Origin: a virus
Taxonomy: Duplodnaviria > Caudoviricetes
Virus record (IMG/VR): IMGVR_UViG_3300005512_000096
Location: 1-40,333 of that record
Direction: 5' to 3' (one strand)
DNA: 40,333 nt
A program made the position numbers and the translations under genes. The first letter of the stretch is position 1; each line of letters opens with the position of its first letter. The notes under the pieces were generated by a model, which worked only from the letters and a program-made list of their open reading frames with translations, was not told the DNA's origin and made no database searches. Positions 26,499 through 34,135 of this stretch are shown here, in pieces.

Positions 26499-26648
26499 GA
26501 AATATTGTCAGGCCATGCTTAAAACCAACGAATTTTGTCAGCCCATGCCTAAAAAGTTTAGTTGGGCTATCTTGCCGGTTTGGTTGTTGGTTACCACTGG
26601 CGGAGATAGCAGCGGGCAAGTTGAGCAGCGGGGCTTGTCCAAATGGGG

Positions 26649-26680
26649 CGGGGCGGGATCGATTTCCCGCCTCGTTTTTT
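26649..26680 (+). terminator. Rho-independent terminator
   Basis: CGGGGCGGGA-tcgatt-TCCCGCCTCG followed by TTTTTT. Confidence 0.85.
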
Positions 26681-26695
26681 ATCTAACTTTTCTTG

Positions 26696-26725
26696 TTGAC
26701 CGATCCGGCGGGGCTATGGCATAAA
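26696..26725 (+). promoter_or_regulatory. Candidate sigma70-type promoter
   Basis: TTGACC-N18-CATAAA directly after the terminator. Confidence 0.5.
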
Positions 26726-26784
26726 CAAATCAAGGCCGGTTGCAAAGACTGTGCCAATAACCAAACCGAAAGGAACTTTTAACC

Positions 26785-27786
26785 ATGTTCGATTTAATAC
26801 AAACAAAAGCAGTCGAGAACGCACGACCAAAAGGCGATGACATTTTTAGTGTTCATAATGACGTGAATGATTGCAGCCTTTACCATGAATTCGCCAGCTT
26901 CGAGCCGGTGCCGGTGGAAGCGGTCACCACTGACCCGAATGGCATTGTTGATATGCAGCGCATGAAATACCACGCTTTGCAAAATACCCGCACAAATCGG
27001 GTTGTTGATGTGGTGCCATTCAATCGTGCGACCTATAACCTGACCCCCCACGATGCTTTGATGCGGGAACAGGCCGACATATTGAACGAATCCGGGCTTC
27101 GGGGTTATTTGGGCAATGTTGAAGTTTGCGACCGGATATATCAAGAGGGTTTGCGTGTTCACCGGACAATCTATTTTCACGACCTAGTTGACCTCAGCCG
27201 GACGAGAACAGGCCAAGAGGATGTGAGCCGGTGCCGTTTGGATATCTTCAATAGTGTCGATAAGAGTTGGACGCTGCAGGTATTCAGCGGGGCTTATCGT
27301 GACTTGTGCCGCAATACGTTGGTTTTTGGTGGTGAGAAGGCATATCACCAGAAGGCAAAACACACTATTAATATGAGCAGCGGCGCACTGATCACCAAAG
27401 GCGTTTTGGGGCTTGAAATGTGGGATAATCAGCGGGAAACGATGCAAGCGTACCGCGAGATCGGCATGACCGAAAAGCAGTTTAATGACGTTTTGATTGA
27501 TTCCGGCATGATCGACAAGGTTGGAAAGGTTGCCGCGAACAACGACGAATTGAAGGTAAACCAACGCAAGCTTGGAACGTTGCTTGACTTGTACGGGAAA
27601 GAAACCCGCGAGTTAGGTCATACAATGTGGGCGGCATTTAATGCCCTTACCCATTGGTCAACGCATCTGCCCGATGCCAAGAAAGGCGGCAGGGATGAAA
27701 AGAAACGTTTGGATAAATCCCTTGCGGTTCGAAACCTTGTCCAGTCTGACGCATGGCTCAATCATGCAGGAATGGTAGCGGCATAA
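26785..27786 (+). CDS. DUF932-family protein
   Basis: IFNSVDKSWTL...GAYRDLCRNTL, HT, TMWAAFNALTHWSTH; AAAGGAA RBS. Confidence 0.8.
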   Translation: MFDLIQTKAVENARPKGDDIFSVHNDVNDCSLYHEFASFEPVPVEAVTTDPNGIVDMQRMKYHALQNTRTNRVVDVVPFNRATYNLTPHDALMREQADILNESGLRGYLGNVEVCDRIYQEGLRVHRTIYFHDLVDLSRTRTGQEDVSRCRLDIFNSVDKSWTLQVFSGAYRDLCRNTLVFGGEKAYHQKAKHTINMSSGALITKGVLGLEMWDNQRETMQAYREIGMTEKQFNDVLIDSGMIDKVGKVAANNDELKVNQRKLGTLLDLYGKETRELGHTMWAAFNALTHWSTHLPDAKKGGRDEKKRLDKSLAVRNLVQSDAWLNHAGMVAA

Positions 27787-27787
27787 C

Positions 27788-27865
27788 ATGGGCGAGTTTA
27801 TAGCGAATGCTTACAAGGTAGTCTGGATCATCTTCCTTGTGCTTGCAATTTTAATGATCCTATAA
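27788..27865 (+). CDS. Putative 25-aa single-pass membrane peptide
   Basis: MGEFIANAYKVVWIIFLVLAILMIL fills the gap between the DUF932 stop and the next leader. Confidence 0.55.
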   Translation: MGEFIANAYKVVWIIFLVLAILMIL

Positions 27866-27888
27866 AACCAACGAAAGGAACTAAACCG

Positions 27889-28299
27889 ATGACTAAATTA
27901 CCAACAAACCTAATCACTGAATTTGCAACCCTTACCGACCGCATGGAACAGGCTATTCGTGACGATGAGCGGGCATCCGTTTTGCGAGAGATCAACGAAC
28001 GCCAGCAGGCAGCAGCGCAGCGGTTTCTTGCGGCTATCTTTGCGGATCGCAACGGCGAAAAGACTGTAGGCCAGCGCGGCAAAGATCGGCGCGGGTTCCG
28101 TCCGAATTCATCACTGGGGCGGGTGTATCGTTGCCTTGCTGGACGTAAACATGGGATCAATAAAAAGACCCTTGTCCGTGAAACCGGTATGAGCGATAAG
28201 GCGGTAGAAGTAGCGATCTACAAGCTTCGGAAACAAGGTTACAAGATCGAGTGTACCCGCATAGGATACGTTCGGCCTAAATACCGGCTTGCCAGCTAG
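27889..28299 (+). CDS. Winged-HTH DNA-binding protein
   Basis: C-terminal INKKTLVRETGMSDKAVEVAIYKLRKQGYKI...YRL; AAAGGAA RBS. Confidence 0.75.
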   Translation: MTKLPTNLITEFATLTDRMEQAIRDDERASVLREINERQQAAAQRFLAAIFADRNGEKTVGQRGKDRRGFRPNSSLGRVYRCLAGRKHGINKKTLVRETGMSDKAVEVAIYKLRKQGYKIECTRIGYVRPKYRLAS

Positions 28300-28317
28300 T
28301 CCGGCAGCGGCTATAAC
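28289..28317 (+). promoter_or_regulatory. Sigma70-type early promoter
   Basis: TTGCCA-N17-TATAAC, followed by a GC-rich 5' hairpin (28321-28346). Confidence 0.65.
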
Positions 28318-28374
28318 ATTGGGGCGGGGCGATGTTGTCCCGTCCTACGAAACCAACGAAAAGGAACTAAACCG

Positions 28375-28620
28375 ATGATGCAATCAACTTTAAAAATCAA
28401 CGCTGATCAATTCGATGATGATGCAAAGAAAATGATCGTTCTTACCACCAGCGAGGCAGCGGTAATCTTAGCGTCCATTGAAGCATTACAACAACAAGCC
28501 GAAACCTTAAAGGCCATTGTTAAATCTTGCGGGTTTGATGGCTATACCTATGCAACCAATAACGTGCGTACTGTAGCTAAACTGGGCTTGACCATTAAAC
28601 AGGGCGAAACCGACGCATAA
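28375..28620 (+). CDS. Early hypothetical protein (81 aa)
   Basis: AAAGGAA RBS; leader nearly identical to that of 27889. Confidence 0.75.
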   Translation: MMQSTLKINADQFDDDAKKMIVLTTSEAAVILASIEALQQQAETLKAIVKSCGFDGYTYATNNVRTVAKLGLTIKQGETDA

Positions 28621-28650
28621 CGAAACCGACCCGCATTCCTCCCCAACCTT

Positions 28651-28683
28651 GACCCGCTTGGCTAGTCCGGCGGGTTTCTTTTT
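28651..28683 (+). terminator. Rho-independent terminator closing the early region
   Basis: GACCCGC...GCGGGTT stem followed by TCTTTTT. Confidence 0.8.
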
Positions 28684-29072
28684 GGGATAACCCCTAGTAA
28701 ATATCTTTGCGGGTTGTTATTGCGGGATATTTCGGGCGGGGGTTGTGCGTGGGATTGTTAGGAATATTGCAGGGGATATCCGAATTATAAAGTTTTTCAT
28801 ACCCGAAACAATGTCCGGCGGGATTTTAAAAAAGGCAATGCGGCGCGGTATATAGTGGGAAAACAGGCGGGATCTTTTCGGCGGGTTGCGTATCGGTGGG
28901 CATCCTTGGGCTTGGCAATGGGGATGACCCTTTGGGGGTTGGTAAGGGCCACCGGGGGGGTACCGGTACCTGTATGCAATGTCGCCAGCAATTTTACCCT
29001 CGAGGGTTATCGATATGGGAATAAAACCGACGTGTTGGGGACCCCCATTGGGATAGCCCCCGTGAGCTAGAC

Positions 29073-29106
29073 AAAAAAAGACCCCAAAGGGATCTCCCAG
29101 TGGGGT
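29073..29106 (-). terminator. Minus-strand Rho-independent terminator
   Basis: ACCCCA...TGGGGT stem with inner GGG/CCC pairs, then C and T7 on the minus strand. Confidence 0.7.
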
Positions 29107-29173
29107 AAAAACCGACGTATTACGTGTCCCGACGTGTCCCGGTAGGTGTGGGGGTTATTTCCCGGCGGGTCTT
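29073..29173 (-). ncRNA. Candidate small RNA of about 100 nt
   Basis: Bounded by a near-consensus promoter and a terminator; no ATG-initiated ORF inside. Confidence 0.5.
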
Positions 29174-29179
29174 ACCCTC

Positions 29180-29208
29180 ATCATACAGGTAAAATCGCCA
29201 TTTGTCAA
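29180..29208 (-). promoter_or_regulatory. Near-consensus sigma70 promoter, leftward
   Basis: Minus strand TTGACA-N17-TATGAT. Confidence 0.8.
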
Positions 29209-29270
29209 CCGAAAACCGACCCCGTTCTAATTTTTTTTTAAGAAAAAGGTATTCGATATGATATTTTCTG

Positions 29271-29299
29271 TTGACTTACATAGATCTAGGGGCTATACT
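29271..29299 (+). promoter_or_regulatory. Near-consensus sigma70 promoter for the packaging/head operon
   Basis: TTGACT-N17-TATACT with AT-rich upstream sequence. Confidence 0.8.
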
Positions 29300-29414
29300 T
29301 GGGTTGTGGGGCTAGATTATCTAGCGCAGTCCGACAAAATCCTATTATTAACCTTGAAAAAGGGACGTGTAGGCTAAGTTATCGGTCCCACATCTCTTTT
29401 CACAGGAAATCGAC

Positions 29415-29690
29415 ATGCTCTACGAAGCAGCAATCCTTGTCTGCCTGTCGGTTTCGCCCGACACGTGCCACGAACTCAACGATACGAGGGGTCCCTACGA
29501 AACAAAGGAAGCCTGTAAGGCTCGTGTAGACGAGATGGCATCCTTCGTAACCCAAGCAAACCTCTTCGAACTCAATATTCGGTGGAAATGTGCGTCGGTT
29601 TCGGAAAAAAACGATGAATCTGTTACCCCAAACACACAAAAAAAGGGAATTAACACCTCAACAGGAACAATTCCTCGAGTTGCTATTTGA
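29415..29690 (+). CDS. Small Cys-containing hypothetical protein
   Basis: AGGA RBS; hydrophobic N-terminus; GPYETKEAC motif. Confidence 0.7.
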   Translation: MLYEAAILVCLSVSPDTCHELNDTRGPYETKEACKARVDEMASFVTQANLFELNIRWKCASVSEKNDESVTPNTQKKGINTSTGTIPRVAI

Positions 29691-30015
29691 AAACGGTGGT
29701 CAGGTCACCGCTGCAGCCCTCGATGCAGGCTACTCACGTGGTTCAGCAGCGTGGCTCAAGTCTACCTTATCCGATGAAATCATAGAACGCACCAAGCAGG
29801 TCCTTGCAACCAACGCATTAAAGGCTGCTAACCGTGTAATTTCAACGATAGACAACCCCGCCCCAGAACGTGGAGACGATCTTCGTCTCAAAGCTGCCGA
29901 ATCGCTCCTCAACCGCGTCGGTGTAGCTAAACAAGAACAAATCAACCACAACGTAACCGCCGTTCACGGCGTAGTCCTGTTACCCCCCAAAAAAGAGGTC
30001 GTGATCGATGGCTAA
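29614..30015 (+). CDS. terS: Terminase small subunit
   Basis: LTPQQEQFL...VTAAALDAGYS N-terminal HTH; upstream of TerL; start moved to MNLLPQ. Confidence 0.8.
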   Translation: MNLLPQTHKKRELTPQQEQFLELLFENGGQVTAAALDAGYSRGSAAWLKSTLSDEIIERTKQVLATNALKAANRVISTIDNPAPERGDDLRLKAAESLLNRVGVAKQEQINHNVTAVHGVVLLPPKKEVVIDG

Positions 30016-30217
30016 CGACAAAGAAATTCGTACCGACGGTCGTACAGACAAAGAAATCCGCATCATTGCAATGGAAAACATAAGCAACCTGACAGACAAG
30101 CAGTTGGATAGGTGGCAGAACGAAATTAGTAAAAACGTGTACGGCAGAAAGAAACTGGCTGGCGGTGGCAAAGCCTGTCGTGGACGCTCCGCACAAGGAA
30201 GTGCAGAAAAAAACTAA
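30008..30217 (+). CDS. Small basic hypothetical protein
   Basis: GAGG RBS; overlaps both neighbours; LAGGGK motif. Confidence 0.7.
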   Translation: MANDKEIRTDGRTDKEIRIIAMENISNLTDKQLDRWQNEISKNVYGRKKLAGGGKACRGRSAQGSAEKN

Positions 30218-31914
30218 TGTCGGAAGACATCACCCCTAAAAAGAAAGCGGGTCGACCCCCGAAGGATCCCAACGCACCCAAAGCAACGTACCAGCTATCC
30301 ACTGCTGAACGTGCTCGTCGTGCTGCACAGAAAAGATTACGAACTGCAAAGAAGAAAGCAGCGCAGTCAACAAAGAAAGCTGAAGACCAGAGAAGTTACG
30401 CCCGTGAACTGGAGAAGACAATTGGAAAAGTCGAAAAGGCAATCTCTGGAAAGGGAAGCGCAGTTGTCGACATGGGAGATCTCGCCGTTCTACCCGGACC
30501 CGTTTCAGAACTCGTCGGAGATTCTGAAGTTGTCTTTCAGCCGAACGAAGGCCCTCAAGAGGAGTTTCTTTCGGCAAGCGAACAAGACGTTCTTTACGGC
30601 GGAGCCGCTGGTGGTGGCAAGTCGTTTGCTCTACTTGCTGATCCCTTACGCTATTGTCACAATCCCAATCATCGAGGTCTTCTTCTCCGGCGCACACTCG
30701 ACGAACTAACAGAACTCATAGATAAATCACGCCAACTCTACACGAAGGCGTTTCCCGGAGCCAAGTTTCGCGAATCAAAATCCACGTGGGTGTTCCCATC
30801 GGGTGCAACCATCTGGTTTACCTATCTCGACAGAGACAAGGACGTTACCCGTTTTCAAGGACAGGCGTTCAACTGGATAGGCATCGACGAAATAACTCAA
30901 TACCCTACGCCGTACGTGTGGGACTACCTACGTTCCCGCTTACGCTCTACCGATCCCGAATTACAAAAGAATCTATATATGCGTTGTACAGCCAACCCCG
31001 GCGGTGTCGGTGGCTGGTGGGTAAAAAAGATGTACATCGATTCTCGTACAGAGAACGAAGCCTTTCCTGCATACGACATAGATACGATGAAGCCGTTTGT
31101 GTGGCCTCAAGGGCACGAAAAGGCAGGTCAGCCGTTGTTCTACCGCAAGTTTGTACCGGCACGGTTGACAGATAATCCCCACCTCATGGCAGACGGTCAA
31201 TACGAAGCCATGTTGAGATCGCTCCCAGAAGTCGAGCGGAAGAGGCTTCTCGAAGGGGATTGGGATGTGGCAGAGGGAGCGGCCTTCCCTGAATTCTCAC
31301 GGAGTAGACACGTTGTCGAACCTTTCGATTTACCTACCAATTGGCCTCGCATTCGAGCAGCGGACTACGGCTACGCCAGCCCGTCGTGCGTTCTTTGGGG
31401 GGCTATTGACTGGGATAACAATATCTGGGTTTATCGTGAGTTGTATGCAAAACACTTGACAGCAGAGCAATTAGCCGATAAAATATTAGAAGCAGAGCAG
31501 CTTGATCCGTTACCTCACTACACCGTACTCGATTCTTCCTGCTGGAATAAGACAGGCTTTGGGCCGTCTATTGCGGAAGTTATGATGAGGCAAGGTGTTC
31601 GCTGGACTCCTTCAGATCGCAACCGCATTCAAGGAAAGATGGAAGTTCACCGCCGCTTGGGTGACGATCCGTACACAGAAGAACCCCGCCTCAGAATATT
31701 CTCCAACTGCCAGCACATTATCAAGCAGCTTGCTGGTATCCCTCTTTCAAAAACCAACAGCGAAGACGTAGATACGAAGGCAGAAGATCACGCATACGAT
31801 GCCCTTCGTTACATGGTAATGACCCGCATGAGCGGCTACGCATCTATTCACACACAGTTAGGCGCAATCAAGAACCACGTCTATAAGGTTCAAGACGAAG
31901 TATTTGGATACTAA
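30217..31914 (+). CDS. terL: Terminase large subunit
   Basis: Walker A GGAAGGGKS, Walker B IGIDE, coupling motif TANP, nuclease ADYG and DHAYDALRY. Confidence 0.95.
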   Translation: MSEDITPKKKAGRPPKDPNAPKATYQLSTAERARRAAQKRLRTAKKKAAQSTKKAEDQRSYARELEKTIGKVEKAISGKGSAVVDMGDLAVLPGPVSELVGDSEVVFQPNEGPQEEFLSASEQDVLYGGAAGGGKSFALLADPLRYCHNPNHRGLLLRRTLDELTELIDKSRQLYTKAFPGAKFRESKSTWVFPSGATIWFTYLDRDKDVTRFQGQAFNWIGIDEITQYPTPYVWDYLRSRLRSTDPELQKNLYMRCTANPGGVGGWWVKKMYIDSRTENEAFPAYDIDTMKPFVWPQGHEKAGQPLFYRKFVPARLTDNPHLMADGQYEAMLRSLPEVERKRLLEGDWDVAEGAAFPEFSRSRHVVEPFDLPTNWPRIRAADYGYASPSCVLWGAIDWDNNIWVYRELYAKHLTAEQLADKILEAEQLDPLPHYTVLDSSCWNKTGFGPSIAEVMMRQGVRWTPSDRNRIQGKMEVHRRLGDDPYTEEPRLRIFSNCQHIIKQLAGIPLSKTNSEDVDTKAEDHAYDALRYMVMTRMSGYASIHTQLGAIKNHVYKVQDEVFGY

Positions 31915-31917
31915 CCT

Positions 31918-33900
31918 ATGGCTGAACTAACCAAACAAGAAAAAACCGTTGTCGATTCGTTTCTCAATATGCAACGGGCTTTGTTTCCTGACGGCGACAT
32001 TCCGTCCCTAGAAGAAGTACGCGCACGAATTGATTCCGGTAATCAAACTGTTGGTGATGCGTTCATTGCAAAGATGTACAACGACGGCGTACCTGACGAG
32101 CCTATTCTTGCTGAACTAGATGAAACAAAAGATTTCTACAGCAAGTTCGAAAAGACATTTTCACGTGAAGTCGTAGGTCCGGCTCGTAACACAACCGGCA
32201 TAAGCAACAACATTACAAAACTGGAGAAGGGCGGAATCGACTTGGGTTCGTCCTTTTCTGATTTTGAAGCACAATCTAAAGTGCCCGGAAGTGGTATCAG
32301 TGAAGATGTTCGTAAAAATATCGTCCGCCCGTTCAAGACTGCATCCGATAACGTATTAGAATTGAAGCTATCGCGCACAGGAGCCTCTAAGGGCACCCGT
32401 AAGCTTGCGAAGGGTGCTATACCTGCTGAAGTGCTTCAATCGGTCTTACAGGGCATTGGTGACATTCCTGACCCTATTACACGCGATGCAGTAATGGCAT
32501 CTTTGTTGGGTTATCGTGGAGAAGACCTATCTAACATGCGTACAACCCGTGCGCTTGCCACACGGTCCAAACCAGTTCGTCCATTCTACGATAGAGAAGC
32601 TGGCGTTGCTCGTGACCCCGAAGTAGCTACAGGCGGTGGTCGCAAGGCAAAAGGTCCTGACAAGCCTGCAGGTCCCGTTCTCCGTGAAATCTTAAATCGT
32701 CGTTACGATGCTGCTGGCCCTACAGGTGAACTCTTTCCAGATATGAGTACGGGAAAGATCAGCGCAGCCCTCAAAAAACACGTCTTTCCAAAAATTCCAC
32801 AAAACGTACAAGACCGACTCCTGACTAGGCCGTCTGGTTACACCGATCTCCGTCGTATCACTGCTTCTGCCATTGCTAACCAACTTGGTCGCCCTGATCT
32901 TGCAAGTGAAATCATCAGCCACAAAGGCTCTGGTGAAAGTTTACTTGACAAAGTTATGACTGGATACTATACTGATGTAGAAGATATCAGTGGCTTACAG
33001 CAACGTGGTGAAATCTTAGTAGCTTACGAAAAGATGATGGCAGATGCCGTTGGTGCCACAGATGCAAAAGGATTAGGCGAGGCCCTTCGCTTAGACTTAT
33101 CTCCAGAGTTCAACGCACAATACCCTGAAGTAGACGCGATGGCAACTCCGTCGCAAGCACCGGTTCAGCCTACACAGGCAACTCCAGAACAAATTGCACA
33201 GGGCGAAGCGTTTCGTGCAGCAAAGACTGCAGAGGCAACAGCTACAGCAGAACTCTCCGCACAAGAGAAAGCTGCAGCAGCCGAAGAAAAGATGATGCAA
33301 CGGGCAGCACGTGCCCCGGAGATTGCCGAAGCAGAACGCAAACTTGCAGAAGCCAAAGCCGGATCGAAGAAGGTAGCGCAAGTCGCATCAGGAGAATCCT
33401 TCTTACAGAAGGCTCTCAAGATGGCAAAGCCACTCAAAGTCTTTGCAGGACCGCTGGGTGTCGGTATGGCTGCTATCGCTGCAGAACAAACTCGTAGCGC
33501 AGTCACTCAGCAAGCAGAAGCACTAGGGCTTCCTAGTTCGGTAGCGGGTCCAATTGGAACTGCAGCAGGTGCTACAGAGTTTCTTCCGGTTGCTCCTAGC
33601 GATGTTATCGCAGCGGGACAGTCTATGGCATCTCCTGTTGCAGATCCCGGTTCAGCCCGTCCTATTGAACGGATGATGGCAGATCAACCGGAACTCTTTC
33701 GACGCAGTGAACCTGCCGCTCCTAGCGTAGACACCGTAGTTCCGGCAGCACAGCCACAGATGACACAACCGGTACGTGTACCAGATGCCGTACAAAACGT
33801 ACCTACTTCTTTTCTTTCTAATCCAGAAAGATTACGCCAAGCGAGAGGGGCCGCTCGTTCTGGTGAAGATGCAACCGGCTTCATTTCCTACACACCATAA
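31918..33900 (+). CDS. Protein with central tyrosine recombinase catalytic domain and Ala/Pro-rich C-terminal extension (660 aa)
   Basis: LLGYRGEDLSNM, RKAKG, ELFP, YTDLRRITASAIA, EIISHK, VMTGYY in the canonical order. Confidence 0.8.
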   Translation: MAELTKQEKTVVDSFLNMQRALFPDGDIPSLEEVRARIDSGNQTVGDAFIAKMYNDGVPDEPILAELDETKDFYSKFEKTFSREVVGPARNTTGISNNITKLEKGGIDLGSSFSDFEAQSKVPGSGISEDVRKNIVRPFKTASDNVLELKLSRTGASKGTRKLAKGAIPAEVLQSVLQGIGDIPDPITRDAVMASLLGYRGEDLSNMRTTRALATRSKPVRPFYDREAGVARDPEVATGGGRKAKGPDKPAGPVLREILNRRYDAAGPTGELFPDMSTGKISAALKKHVFPKIPQNVQDRLLTRPSGYTDLRRITASAIANQLGRPDLASEIISHKGSGESLLDKVMTGYYTDVEDISGLQQRGEILVAYEKMMADAVGATDAKGLGEALRLDLSPEFNAQYPEVDAMATPSQAPVQPTQATPEQIAQGEAFRAAKTAEATATAELSAQEKAAAAEEKMMQRAARAPEIAEAERKLAEAKAGSKKVAQVASGESFLQKALKMAKPLKVFAGPLGVGMAAIAAEQTRSAVTQQAEALGLPSSVAGPIGTAAGATEFLPVAPSDVIAAGQSMASPVADPGSARPIERMMADQPELFRRSEPAAPSVDTVVPAAQPQMTQPVRVPDAVQNVPTSFLSNPERLRQARGAARSGEDATGFISYTP

Positions 33901-33916
33901 TCTGGGAGACTAACCA

Positions 33917-34126
33917 ATGAACATGAACATGGGTCCAGCTTATATCATGGCAAGCGACAAAACTAGCGTTGACGACATGATGGGCTGCAACAAACTGTAT
34001 CGGGAAGGTCTTGAGTTCGACACCAAAGCAAAACAAGGTGTACTTACCGAAGACATGCCTAAGAAAATGACAAAGAAAGCAGTCGATCCTTCAGTAATGA
34101 AAATGGCTGAAGAACGCGACTATTAA
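33917..34126 (+). CDS. Small hypothetical protein
   Basis: GGGAG RBS; directly before the portal. Confidence 0.75.
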   Translation: MNMNMGPAYIMASDKTSVDDMMGCNKLYREGLEFDTKAKQGVLTEDMPKKMTKKAVDPSVMKMAEERDY

Positions 34127-34135
34127 GGACACCTA

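Noticed and set aside
26562-26642. tRNA gene or tRNA-derived attP
   Set aside because: Ends can pair, but there is no T-arm GTTCRA or proper anticodon arm.
26221-26724. 167-aa ORF from the track
   Set aside because: It overlaps the Gp88-like gene out of frame and runs through a terminator and promoter.
22741-28620. T7-like RNA polymerase or classical integrase/repressor in the early region
   Set aside because: No ORF of suitable size or motifs; the promoters seen are host sigma70 type.
28797-29070. Two short ORFs in the non-coding region
   Set aside because: No RBS, atypical composition, and they overlap palindromic/G-run elements.
25800-29300. GANTC (CcrM) or GATC avoidance in early DNA
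   Set aside because: GAATC, GATTC and GATC sites are readily found here; no depletion is evident by eye.
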